Source of the DNA: the human T2T-CHM13v2.0 reference genome, Homo sapiens
Length of the DNA stretch: 64,000 nucleotides
Reading direction: 5' to 3' (one strand)
Assembly: GCF_009914755.1 (NCBI RefSeq)
Contig: NC_060943.1
Shown here: positions 1 to 21,187 of the stretch, piece after piece
How positions within the stretch are numbered: position 1 is the first letter of the stretch
Layout of the letters: each line of letters begins with the position of its first letter
Notes under the pieces: model-generated
What the model saw: only the letters and a program-made list of their open reading frames with translations
Databases searched by the model: none
Told to the model about the DNA's origin: nothing
Made by a program: the position numbers and the translations under genes

Positions 1-156
1 CAGCCTTCCAAAGTGCTGGGATTACAGGCATGAGCCACCATGCCTGGCCTCTTCCATGTAATTTCTTAAAATCTATCTTCCAGTTAACTAATTCTCCCAG
101 CTATGTCTAGTCTGCTGTTTAAACCACCCACCGAGTTTCTGATTACAATAATTATT

Positions 157-273
157 TTATATATATATACACACACACACACATATACACACATACAATG
201 ATTGTGTGTATATATATACACACATACACATATATACATATATAGACACACACATATACATATACACACATAC
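157..273. repeat. (TA)n/(CA)n compound microsatellite
   Basis: Dinucleotide runs visible. Confidence 0.9.
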
Positions 274-678
274 AATCATTAGAGTTTTTATTTGGTTCCT
301 TCTCTTATTTGCCTGTGCAACTTTAACCTATTCCTTCATTATACTTTCAATTTGTTATTTTATTTATTTAAATGTATTAAGCATGCTTTGTAAACATTCT
401 CATCTATTAATTCTAAAGTCTGTGGTCTTGGCAGGTCCGATTCTGCAGTTTGTTGTTTCTGCTGACTCTCCAGCTAGCTTATTTCCTGGTGTCTTTGTAA
501 ATCAACAGAGACTGGTACTCATGATCCTTGGATGTTGACCTGTGGTAATTCCCTGATGTTTGTCTTTAAAGGATGTTTTCCAAGAGAAGATTTGTTTATA
601 TCAGGCAGGGAGTGGTACCCACATCTCACCACTTTAAGTTAAATGTTCAGCTTGCATTTTGGGGGACCACACAGATCA

Positions 679-4898
<4,220 letters not shown>

Positions 4899-5308
4899 TC
4901 ACCTCACTTGGGGAAGTATGAGCAGAGGAATGATGGGCTCTGACTGTATTCACAGGATCTCTCTGGTGGCTGCGTGAAGACGACTACAGGGACAAGAGAG
5001 GGGAGCAGAGGGCAAGAAGGCTTCTGCATAAGAGAGGTGAGGACCAGGGATGTGGGAGGTGCGGAGAAGGAAGTGGGCTGATACTGCACTGATTGTAAAG
5101 AGGGAGCCAACAAGATTTGCTGAAGGGGTGGGTGTGTCACGGGGTGCGAGACAAAGAGAACTCAAGGATGATCCCCAGGGTCCGGCCTGGGAAACTGGAT
5201 GAATGGAGTGCTATTCATGGCAATGGGGAAGTCTAGGGCAGGCGGCAGGAACACCAGGAGCTCAGGTGAAGGCATGTTCAGACTAAGATGTGACCAGGAC
5301 ATCCAACA

Positions 5309-5843
5309 CAGGCTGAGCATCCCAAATCCGGAAATCTGAAATGCAAAATGCTCCAAAATCTGAAACTTTGAGTGTCAACAGGATGCTCAAGGGAAATTTC
5401 ACTGGACTACTGTGGATTTCAGATTTTTTTTTTTTGACATCGAGTCTCACTCTGTTGCCCAAGCTGCAGTGCAATGGTGCAATCTCGGCTCACTGCGACC
5501 TCCGCCTCCTGGGTTCAAGCAATTCTCCTGCCTCAGACTCCCAAGTAGGTGGGATTACAGGCATGCGCCACTATGCCCAGCTAATTTTTGTATTTTTAGT
5601 AGAGATGAGATTTCAGGATGTTGGCCAGGCTGGTCTTGAACTCCTGACCTCAAGTGCTCTGCCTGCCTCAGCCTCCCAAAGTGCTAGGATTACAGGCATG
5701 AGCCACTGTGCCCAGCCAGATTTCAGATTTTTGAATCAGGATGCTCAACCAGTAAGTATAATGCAAATATCCCAAAATCTGAAAAAATCCAAAATCAGAA
5801 TACTTCCAGTCCTCATCATTTCGGATAAGGGATACTCAACCTG
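5309..5843. mobile_element. Tigger4a/MER46-type MITE interrupted by an Alu (-, ~5422-5717)
   Basis: TIRs CAGGCTGAGCATCCC / GGGATACTCAACCTG. Alu TSD GATTTCAGATTTTT on both sides. Confidence 0.8.
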
Positions 5844-6132
5844 CAGGTGCCAAGCTGGCAGGCTGCACATATATCTCCTCCAAGCAGGGGAGTCCAGGCT
5901 GGCTGGAGATAGAAATGAAGGAGATGTTAACATGGAGACAGTGTTCAAAGCCATGAGGCCAATAAGAGGCCAAGAGACTGATGGTAGACAGAGGGGTCCA
6001 GTCCTGAGGCCTGGGCTTCTCCAGTGTCAGGACAGGGTCAGACAGGCTGCAAAGGCATCCTCCCTCCGCAGACACACACGTGTATGCACCTTATTCCCAC
6101 CGCAGAAACAGGCTCAATGCTCTGGTTCTTAC

Positions 6133-6271
6133 CTTGGAAGGATGACACATGTGGATTGACAAAGGTCTGGGACCCTACATGCTCCTCTACAGGCAAAGAA
6201 TTTCCACAGTAGGGGCAGAATTTGAATGCCGCTTGGATACTTTTGCCACAGTCTGGACAGAAGGAGATCAT
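6133..6271 (-). CDS. VRK3: VRK3 first coding exon ([47 protein letters not shown]); the rest of the gene lies left of the window
   Basis: Recognisable VRK3 N-terminus with paired CxxC motifs. Acceptor TTTTGTAG|C-ATG (exon starts 6272, ATG 6271-6269). Donor CAAG|GTAAGA at 6133/6132. 139 coding nt, phase 1. Confidence 0.95.
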
Positions 6272-7016
6272 GCTACAAAACAGAATGAACAAACACAAAG
6301 TGAAACGGGCCAGCTGAAGGTCAGTGGAAGTATTGTTGAACTGCTCTTAATCACAGGGTGAGTGGCAGGAGGCACAACCAGGGTCTTCAACTGTTTGTGA
6401 TGTTCACTTCTTAAAACATGCAATGGGAATGGGAGTGACAGTCAATGTTCCCCAAATATCAATATGCTCCCCTATACTTCCCAGGTTCCCTTGCAGCAAG
6501 GTAGAGGCCACATGACTAATTCTGGCCAATGGGGTGTGAGTAGAGTCATCTCATGGCCGAGGCAGTTAGGAGTCAGAATACCTCCTCTGCCTCCCCCTCC
6601 ACCTGCAGGGATGGCCCTGGAGGCCATGGCTCCCAACTGACATAGCAAGATGAAGGAGGGCTGCCTGGTCCACACTGGAACCTCATGATCAACAAATACA
6701 CTTCTGCTGTATTGAGCCACCAAGATTTCAGGGTTTATTTGTCATGGCAGCACAGCCTATTCTATCCTGACTAATTTAGTAGAATGATGAGTGTTCACTA
6801 AATTACTCTCTATGCTTTGCATCTCTCTGAGCTAATTCCTGATACTTTTTAAAAGTCCAAATTACATACTGAGACTATGACAAATGAGGATATAGAAGAG
6901 TTTTAAGCCAGTTAAGTGAAGAAGGGAAATTAACAAGGATGAAGTACAACAGGCAGTTTGTATTGCCCTTCATTATGGCAGTGCTATTTGTAACGAGCAT
7001 CTAACAAAGAGCAATA

Positions 7017-10435
<3,419 letters not shown>

Positions 10436-10680
10436 AGAAATCTGTGATGGTTTTACACGGCTTCGTGTTAAATAGAATTTCCCCAGATGCTGACTGCCCT
10501 CCAATAAAGATGCCTCCAGGATGCAGCAAGTGCCTAACCAGGTGAGCCCTGCCATACCTATGACAACGTTCCTTCTGGGAGTAAAGCTGGCCAGCAGCAA
10601 CCCAGAGGAGACAAGCAGGAGCCAGCTGCTGGTGGGAAAAAGGAAAAAGGTCTTGAGAGGCTGTGCCCAAGGGATAATAC

Positions 10681-10743
10681 CTTTATGAGGTCACGGTCTG
10701 GCCCTTGGATTTACTGGGTTGGAAACTCCATCTTGACAGCGAC
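10681..10743 (-). other. VRK3: VRK3 5'UTR exon 2 (63 nt)
   Basis: Acceptor CTTACAG|GTCGCTG and donor ATAAAG|GTATTA. Splicing gives ...CTCATAAAG-C-ATG, matching my recollection of the VRK3 mRNA leader. Confidence 0.85.
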
Positions 10744-11292
10744 CTGTAAGTGAACAAAAGTGGAGAGGCTGACTCATGCTTTCACATAGAAATGAAAGAT
10801 AATGGCTAATGTTTACTGAGCACTGGCCATGTCACCAGCATGTGCCAAATCCATTCGTTTATTCATTTACTCTATAACTATTCACCGAGTTTCCTGTTTA
10901 TGCCAGCCACTAGGGAAACAGCAGCAAAGGAAACAACACAGCCCCTGTCTTCAGGATGCGCACGTTCTGGTGGGGGAAGAGACACTAACAAACAAATGAG
11001 CAAGGAACCGCTGAACAGGTCAGATGGAGAAAGGGCTATGGAGGACAATAAAGTACCATAGAAGAAAACAGGATGCCACAGAGGTTGGTGGGTCACTATT
11101 CACACAGGGTGGCCAAGGAGGGCCTCGCCCAGAGGGAGGCATCTGAGCAGAGACCCAAAGGAAACCAGGGAGCGAGCTGTCAATATCTGGGAAGGAGTCC
11201 TCAGGCAGACAACTTTCTATGCATTATCCTGTTTAGTCTATACAACAGCCCAGGACGCAGGTTCCAGAATTATCACCACTTCATAGGAGAGT

Positions 11293-11851
11293 GTGGCATT
11301 TGTATTTTCCAAAGCAGGTCACATGACTATTTCTGGTCCTGTGTGCTCTTTGGAACCTTGTAACCCCTCCTCCCAGGAGTCAGGGTCTCTGTTCCTCCCC
11401 CTTTGGATCTCGGCAGAGCTGTGACTGCTCCTACCAATAGAGGACCGGCAGCAGTAAGGCCATGAGACTTCCCAGGCTGGGTCATAAAAAACAACTTGCA
11501 CCTGGCTGGCTCGCTCAGGATGCTCACCCATGGAAGCCAGTTTCCACGGCATGAGGCAGCCTAAAGTAGCCCAGGCAGAGAAACCACATGGAGAGGCTCA
11601 GGTGGAGAGGAACTGAGGCCCCTGGCCAACAGCCACCATCAGCTGCTGGGTGAGTGGGCAAGTCCTCAGACCACTTAAACCCCAGCCTTCAAGTCTTCCT
11701 GCTAAGGCACAGGCACTGGGGAGCAGAAACAGGCCACCTCACTGTGCTCACTCTGAATTCCTGGCCCATAGGATCCATGGGCACAAGAAATGGTGGTTCT
11801 ACACCAGTGAATTGTGGGACGATTTGTTCTCTAGACATAGTAACCGGGACA
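11293..11851 (+). mobile_element. MLT1-type (ERVL-MaLR) solo LTR
   Basis: TG...CA ends and MLT1-like internal motifs (CCACATGGAGAGG, GAACTGAGGCCCC). Confidence 0.7.
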
Positions 11852-12481
11852 GGGAGTCCCTGCTGCACAGAGAGGTCAAGTCACTCACTTAAGACGGTTC
11901 TCATTTCATGACAGTTCAGTATGTGCAGACCACTGTGCTAAGTTCTCGGCAGGTATTATCTACAAAACCTTCCCAATCACCCTTTTCAAGGTAAGAATGA
12001 TTTCCCCTTTGGGGAGATGAGAAGCAGAGGCTCAGAGAGCAAATGACTTGCCCAGGGCCACAAACCTCTTAAGCGGCGAGCCAGACACATGATTTTGTTT
12101 AATCTTTCCCTCCACTCTATGAGGTAGGGATGATTATCCCATCTTTGAAACCTACAAAATGATGCTCAAAGGGTGACAATTCTCCTTCCCCCAGACCTGA
12201 CTCCACTCACCTAGAAAACAGTGGGGACGCAGCTGAAATCCAGAACCCAAAAGCCCATGTTCTTCACCTGGTGCCAATTTATACAACGAAAACGCAAAAC
12301 CGGACTGGGTTCTTGGGGCAGCAGGTCAGAACATTCTTGTAGATTTAAATCTGGAAGCTGATGTTGGGTGTGGAACCACGGCAAGAGAGTCTTTTAACCA
12401 TGTGCCACCCCCGGTTCTGACACCGTCACCAGCCTGGTCTAGGCCACCATCTCTCCCTTGTGCTACTGCAGCAGCCTCCTA

Positions 12482-12943
<462 letters not shown>

Positions 12944-13223
12944 TCAAAACCGTATGGTGGATTTCATTTTAGACAGAATAAATGCTGAAATTCCTACCAT
13001 GGCCCAGGAGCCCCCTGTATGATCTGCCACTTCCCTGTTCCCTCTCTGACCTCTCCCACCTCTCCCCTTGCTCACGCTGAGTCAGCCACAACAGCTTCGG
13101 TGCTTTTCCCCAATCGTGACAAGAACGTTTCTTCCCCAAGACCTTTGCACCTGCTCTCCCATCTGCCTGGAACGCTGTCCCCCTAAGAGTGCACACAGTT
13201 AACTTCCTCATCACATTCTTTAG

Positions 13224-13459
<236 letters not shown>

Positions 13460-15362
13460 TAGTAGAGATGGGGTTTCACCATGTTGGCCAGGCTGGTCTT
13501 AAACTCCTGACCTCAGGTGATCCCCCTCAGCCTCCCAAAGTCCTGGGATTACAGGCTCGAGCCACCGTGCCTGGCCCTGGACACCATTTTACTAATAGCA
13601 TGTTTTATCCTCCTTACCTTGCTTTATTTTTCTTCACAGTGCTTGTCACTACCTGACATACTCTGACTTACTAGAATGTAAGCTTCATGATGGCGGGGAC
13701 TTTTCCCTGCCTTGTTTGCCACAGTGTGCCCAGATCCTCAAACAGGCCTGGCACAGAGCAAATGCTGGGTCTACGTCTGCTGAGTGAATAAATCATTGTC
13801 TCCTTTGCAAAAGAAAATGTGCCAAGAAGGTGGGTGGGGGGGGTCCCCAGCTGTGTCAGTACACATTCATCTCTCAGGCAAATCTAGACATCCAGCCAGA
13901 GACTCAAAGCTCAGGGCCGGAATTATCTAGCTGGATGGTCCCTAAAAAAGACGTGCCACTTAGAAGCAGATCAGTACAGGGGTTAAGAGGATAAACTTGG
14001 GAAATAATCTGCCTGGGTTTGGATCTTGCTTCTGCCATGTATTGCATGATGGACAGAGTTTTGCTATGTCACCCAGGTTGGAGAGCAGTGGCACGACCTC
14101 AGCTCACTTGCAACCTCCGCTTCCTGGGTTCAAGCGATTCTCCCTGCCTCAACCTCCCGAGTAGCTGGGATTACAGGCGCATGCCACCATGCCCGGCTAA
14201 TTTTTTTATTTTTAGTAGAGATGGGGTTTCACCATGTTGGCCAGGCTGGTCTCGAACTCCTGAACCCAGGTGATCCGCCCACCTCGGTCTCCTAAAGTGC
14301 TGGGACTACAGGCGGGAGCCACCGTGCCCAGCCAAATTTTTTGGATTTTAGAACCTATTACATATTACAACACCGGCGAGATCCAGGGGCAACTCTCCAT
14401 AAGTATATGATTTGCACAACAAAATCTTTAAAAATTCTAAATAGTCACACATCAGTTCAGAGTGGGTATTGCCAGCAAACAAGTTCAAAGCCAGGTGAGG
14501 TTGGCCTGCCAAGTAAGTTGCAAAACAGAGAAAAAGACCTTTCAGTTTTCAGAACGTTTTGGATTTTAAAGTTATAGATAAGGGACTGCAGACCTGTAAA
14601 TATTCTTTAACATTTCTTTTTTAGTGTCTGGCATCCCCAACCACCCTGAGAATGTGAATTAGCTGGGCAGGATTTTTGTTTTAGACACTGCTATAATAAC
14701 CTGGGCTTGAACAGTGCCTATTAGACTAGCACCGTTCAAACCCAGGTTATAGTAGTGTAATATCGGTTGCACGGAGCCTTCCATATAGTAAACGCTCAAT
14801 AAAATTGGATGTGCTGAAGTCACCTATGCAATGGCCAGGTCAGGACTTGAAACCCTAAGACTCCAACCCTCAGGCCAGTCTTTATCTTAATTTATTTGAC
14901 TTATTCAACAAATGTTTAGGGAACAGCTGCTATGCGTCAACTACTGTATAGTGTTCCTCCTAGAAAGTTCAGGAAACAGCACAGCAAAAAGGCTAAAAGT
15001 CAGACCCCACCTCAGCGCAGGTGGGGCGATTGCCTAGGCGACGACAGAGCCTCCCTTCGGCCGCACCTCCATAGAAACCACGGGATGACTTAGACGCCAA
15101 GTTTCACAGCGGAGGAGCTGTCGAACTTCCCACAAGTTCCGCCCATCTCCGCCTTAGCCATGCCCAACACGGAGCCCAAGGTGGCTTGGGAAGCTCAAGA
15201 GGAGGCCAGTGAACCCCGCGACCCGGAGCCGCTCTCATTCCGAACCCCGACAGCAGGGGCCTCCGCCTCCCACAAACGGTCGTGCTGACGTCACGGACGC
15301 CCCGGCCGAGCTGCGGCTAGGGGGTCGGGGGACGTCCCCTCGTTCGCCTCGCTTCCCCTCAC

Positions 15363-15480
15363 CTCTGTACTTGGGGACTGGGGTGGGATTCTGGGCTTCT
15401 GCAGCCTGACCCTCGGATCCTCCGCAGTTACCCGGACTCACCTTCTCAGTTGCCCAGCGAAAACTTCCGCTGGGCGGAGA
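15363..15480 (-). other. VRK3: VRK3 exon 1 (non-coding; 5' limit approximate)
   Basis: Lies in the CpG island. Donor TACAGAG|GTGAGG at 15363/15362. Further candidate donors at 15432 (CGG|GTAACT) and 15442 (AAG|GTGAGT). Confidence 0.75.
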
Positions 15481-16073
15481 GCGCTGCGCGCGCATCCTGA
15501 ATCTGAGGCGCCCGCGCAGGCGCCGCTGACTTCCTGACGGCCCCTGGGCTTCGCCTGCCTGGGAACTCCGTTTCCCAGATGCCTCCGCGGCAGGCCCGCC
15601 CTCTGATTCCAGACGGAATGGGGATTATTCCCTCATTGCTCATCCCCCTCCCCTCCGTTCTAGCCGCTTTGGAACGCCTTCTGGTTCTACTGCGCATGTG
15701 TCAGTGTCAGACCAATCGGAATGCACCGTGAGGTATCTCTCCACCAATCAGAGGTCACATTACCTAAACTTCTGCCTCAACTCCGCCCCTTACTTCCGCT
15801 TGTTTTCTCAGAAACCCGTCACAACGCGTTTCCATGGCAACCTACCGCTTGCTCTTCGGAAAAGGTTAACACTCCCTGACTTCTAGTAAAGGCAAGAAGC
15901 TAATTAGATGATTCTTTAACAAGGTAAAAATCTGGACTACAAACTGATGCCGCCTGGTCCTGATTCTCTTTCTACTCTACTCCCACAGTGCTAAGGCTGA
16001 AGAAGCAGGAGGAGATGGGAAGGCGAAAGAAGTCGCCCGCACAGCCCTCTGGGAAATAGAGTCCTGGCGCTGC

Positions 16074-16218
16074 CGCGGAGGATCCTGGGTGCAGCCGCTC
16101 AGAGAAGCTTCTCGCGCACAGGAAGTCGCTGCGAGGAGGCGCGTGTGCGGGGAGTTGAATCTCCCGCTCCCTTGAGGCTGGGGTTGCGTCTGTTGACGCG
16201 GCCGACTACAATCCCGAG
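16074..16218 (+). other. ZNF473: ZNF473 exon 1 (non-coding; 5' limit approximate)
   Basis: CpG-island exon ending at donor CCGAG|GTACGG (16218/16219). Confidence 0.75.
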
Positions 16219-16367
16219 GTACGGAGACGCTGGGGCTGAGGGACTTGCGGGCTCGGTCCTTCCTGAGAGGTGACGGAATGCAAGTGGGGGCGACTTCGGC
16301 AAAGGGTGCGTCGCCTTGGGCGGCGGTTGTCAGGGTGAAGGTGTGAACCGTCTTTCACAGTCTGTTA

Positions 16368-16729
<362 letters not shown>

Positions 16730-18231
16730 CTAGCCTGGGCCAGATGGTGAAGCCCTGTCTCCACAAAAGAAGAAAAAAATAGAAAAATTAGCCGGGCGTG
16801 GTGGTGCGCCCCTGTATTCCTAGCTAATTGGGAGGCCGAGGTGGGAGGATTGCTTGAACCCAGGAGGCAGAGGTTGCAGTGAGCTGAGAAAGAAAAGAAA
16901 AGAAAAGAAAACTGCTAAAGGGGTTTCCAGGCCTCCCTGATGGCCCTGAGAGGAGTGGTTCTGTTTTATTTTGGTTTTGGTTGGGGAAGGAGGGGAATGA
17001 GTTACCTGAAGTTGGCAAATTTAGGCAGAATCTTGCTGGACGATGGATGGGAGTTCTTCGGGAAGTTGAAGTACTTAACATTTACAGTATTTGAGTGCTT
17101 TCTGTGTGCCAGGCGCCCTGCTGGAGTTGCATTTCCTCTTCTGATCCCCGCAGCAGCACTGAGACATAAGTGCAGGTCCCCTTGGCACCAAGGCAATCTC
17201 GGGAATCAGAATTTTTCAGATTTTAGAAAGCTAATAGGGTGCATATTTTATAATTAGGCAGCACCCCCCCACACCCCGAGGAATCTGGGCCAGTTTTTGG
17301 TCATAAAATGTTTCTGTGGGGCAAGGTGTGAATATTCACACTTATGAGAACATTAAGACCCTACATGGCCTGTGGCAATCCAGGTGAAGTTTTGCGGTCA
17401 GTTTATAAATCAAGTTCTGGTTTTTGGAGCATTTAAAGGACCATAGATCTGTTGTATTTGTTCCATTTGGTACATGTGGAAACTAAGGCTTAGAGAAGGT
17501 AAATGGTCTGGAAGGAAGGGCAAGACTCTTGGGCCCAAGGTCTCTCAGCCTGATAATTGTTTGGCTTAAGTCACTCTGGGCTGGATGACCTTGGGCTCCA
17601 CCTCTGGGCCCTCGTTTCTTTCCTCCCAGAGCTGAGAGTATATGAGATGTGGGCAGAATGTGATTTGGTAACTGCAGACAGGGATCTCAAGCTCAGCTGT
17701 CTGTGAGGGCCAGGCAGATGACATACAGGAAAGAAGAGAACTGGTCCAGGTGAGGCTGCGGGGCCTTGGGGAGCACTTGCCTCATCTGAAGGGGAGAATT
17801 GTGTTTTTTTTTTGATGACAGAGTCTCGCTCTGTCACCCAGGCTGGAGTTCGGTCTCACTGGAACCTCCACCTCCCCGGTTGAAGCGATTCTCCTGCCTC
17901 AGCCTCCCAAGCAGCTGGAATTACAGGCGTGCACCACCATGCCTGGCTAATTTCTGTATTTTTGGTAGATACGGGGGTTTCACCATGTTGATCAGGCTGG
18001 TCTTGGACTCCAAACTTCAGGTGATCCGCCTGCCTTGGCCTCCCAAAGTGCTGGGATGGCAGGCATGAGCCACTGCACCCAGCCGCTTTTTAAACTTAAA
18101 TTTAATTTTTTTGGCCGGGTGTGGTGGCTCATGCCTGTAATCCCAGCACTTTGGAAGGCCGAGGTGGGTGGATCACGAGGTCAGGAGATCGAGACCATCC
18201 TGGCTAACACGGTGAAACTCCGTCTCTACTA

Positions 18232-18483
<252 letters not shown>

Positions 18484-21178
18484 TCACTGCAGCCTTGAAC
18501 TCCTGGGCTCAAGTGATCCTCCTACCTCAGCCTCCCAAGCGATCCTCCTACCTCAGTCTCCCAAGTAGTTGGGACTACAGGCACGTGCCACCACAACTTG
18601 CTCATTTTTAATTTTTTTTTTTTAGAAACAAGGTCTTGTTACGTTGCCCAGGCTGGTCTCGAACACCTTTCAGCCTCCCAAAGTGCTGGGATTATAAGCA
18701 TCCCCCACTTGCCTAGCACTGGTGGGGGAGCTTTAAATGGGCACCAGTGAACTAACTTCGTGGGATGTAGACCCAATGTTGCCAAATCCTAGGATGTTTC
18801 AGAAGTTGGAAACATAATTTTTAGGTGAAATTTCCCAATTTTCAAGTTTGAGACTAGTGAGCCATGCTTGAATTTTCTTTCAAAACATTCTGTCTGCCAA
18901 CAAACATTATGGGCCAAATATCTGTCAACTGAGTTATACTCGTAGGTTGAGGCTTAACCTCTGACATGTAGAAAAACTCATTGTTCAGTAGAATTAGCAT
19001 TTATTGTAGGTCTACCATATTCCCATATTTGTAGTCTCAAAAATCTGGACAACTCAGAACAACAAATTTTTTTTCATAAATTTAGTGTCCGTGCCTTACC
19101 TGAACTACTACAGGGTATTTTTTAAATATAACTTTAAATTATTCTACCTAGAATGAACGATGATACTTTTCTCTAGGGTAAAGTGTTCAATTATGAAATG
19201 CAGCCTGATCCACACTGCGCTGGGACTTTGTTTTGTTTTGTTTTTGTTTTTGTTTTTGAGACGGAGTCTCGCTCTGTCGCCCAGGCTGGAGTGCATGGCG
19301 CCATCTCGGCTCACTGCAAGCTCCACCTCCCGGGTTCACACCATTCTCTCGCCTCAGCCTCCTGAGTAACTGGGACTACAGGCGCCCACCACCATGCCTG
19401 GCTAATTTTGTTATTGTATTTTTAGTAGAGACGGGGTTTCACCGCGTTAGCCAGGATGGTCTGGATCTCCTGACCTCGTGATCCGCCTGCCTTGGCCTCC
19501 CAAAGTGCTGGGATTACAGGCATGAGCCACTGCGGCCAGCCCTGCACTGGGATTTTAATGAAATATGCCATGTATATGCCATATCACCTTTTGAAAATAA
19601 AAGTTGAATTTCAAAGCACATCTGGCCTTGGAGTTTGAAGAATTTGTGGACCTGTGTCATTGTTAAGTGATCCGTGCTGCTTTGTGATATGAAATGCTTT
19701 CAGCACTCCGCAGATATGTGCTACTTGGTCCACGCAGTGGATACAAATGGGTAAAAATGTCTGTGGTACAGTTTTGCGTATTATGGGTCATGAAAATAAC
19801 TAGGTGGGCAGTGACTATGATTTTTTAATGAAGTAGAATAAAAGAGACTAGAATAGAAAACATCCCAGTGCATCTTACATTGCAGGGTAAGTATTGCTTC
19901 ATGAAGCTTTTGTTTAGTTACACTGTGTGTTTGAGTAGTCATGATACTTTTTTTTTTTCTTTTTTGAGATGGAGTCTCACTGTGTTGCCCAGGCTGGAGT
20001 GCGGTGGCACCATCTCGGTTCACTGCAGCCTCTGCCTCCCGGGTTCAAGTGATTCTTTGCCTCAGCCTTCCGAGTAGCTGGGATCACAGGCACGTCCCAC
20101 CAAGCCCAGCTAATTTTTGTATTCTTAGTACAGACGGGGTTTCAGCATATTGGCCAGGCTGGTCTTGAACTCCTGACCTCAAGTAATCTGCCCACCTCGG
20201 CCTCCCAAAGTACTGAGATTACAGGCGTGAGCTACTGTGCCTGGCCTATTCTACATATTGGTGGTGTTACTGTGGGTCACGGTTAAAACAAAAGTTGAAA
20301 TATTTCTGTTGTAGAGATAGTGGCCAGGTGCGGTGGCTCACAACTGTAATCCCAGCACTTTGGGTGGCCCACGAGGGCGGCTTACTTGAGGTCAGGAGTT
20401 TGAGAACAACTTGGGCAACAAGTGAGATCCTGTCCCTACAAAAAGTGAAAAAGATTAGCTGGATGTGGTGGCACATGCTTGTAGTCCCAGCTGCTTGAGA
20501 GGCTGAGGTTGGAGGATTGCTTAAGCCCAGGAAATTACAGCTGCAGTGGCCCATGATTGTGCCACTGTAGTACTCCAGCCTGGCAACAGAGCAAGACCGT
20601 GTCTCCAAAAAAGAGTAACAGTTTCGGAGGCCAATTTACCTGAACTCAAATTCCAGAGATGATAATCAGAAATCCCAGAAGCATTGTTCCATTGGTTCTT
20701 TAGACACCTTCGTTCTGTCAACAACTGTAGGTACTTTTACACCTACTGTTAAAGCACCTACTGCGTACTAGGCACCATGCTGGTGCTAAGACACAGCAGT
20801 GAGCAAGACAGAAGCTCCCACTGTGGCCATAGACTTTCATCACCAAATCTCCTAAACATGTGCTGACTGACTGTTAGGTGCTAACCCACCATTGTTGGTG
20901 GCGAAGCTGTTCTGTAGGTTCTGAAGCACAGTGCAAATGTGGGGCTGAGGTGGCTTCAGTAAATATAGTTGTTGTTGTCCCCTGCAGGGAGACTCACATT
21001 GGGACTTGTCCTCCTCCTCCTGGACATTTTGGGGGCTCGTCAGCATGGACAGCGAGTCAGCCATGGGTGGAAGGGAGGCTTTCTCACAGCTCCCTTGTGC
21101 TTCCCACAGCCCTGCCAGCCGGGAACACGGAGGGGAAGGAGGAGGAGCTTAAAAGAGGCTACTGAACCCCAGTTGGCC

Positions 21179-21187
21179 ATGGCTGAG
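21179..21187 (+). CDS. ZNF473: ZNF473 coding part of exon 2 (MAE); whole exon 20988-21187
   Basis: Acceptor CCCTGCAG|G at 20988. GCC-ATG-G Kozak context. Donor GAG|GTGAGT, phase 0 into the KRAB exon. Confidence 0.9.

Larger units (their letters stand above)
15000..16340. promoter_or_regulatory. CpG-island bidirectional promoter of VRK3 (-) and ZNF473 (+)
   Basis: High GC/CpG. Motifs: CRE TGACGTCA 15286-15293; ETS ACTTCC(G/T) near 15463, 15529, 15792; NRF1-like TGCGCGCGCA 15485-15494 and TGCGCATGTG 15691-15700; CCAAT 15712 and 15744; GC box 15781-15789; RFX X-box GTTTCCATGGCAAC 15828-15841; ZNF143-like sites 15974-15991, 16050-16064 (rev), 16204-16216. Confidence 0.9.

Noticed and set aside
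5341-6159. 272-aa + strand ORF
   Set aside because: Runs through a Tigger MITE and an antisense Alu (typical Alu-frame peptide) and is antisense to a VRK3 intron; no domain signal.
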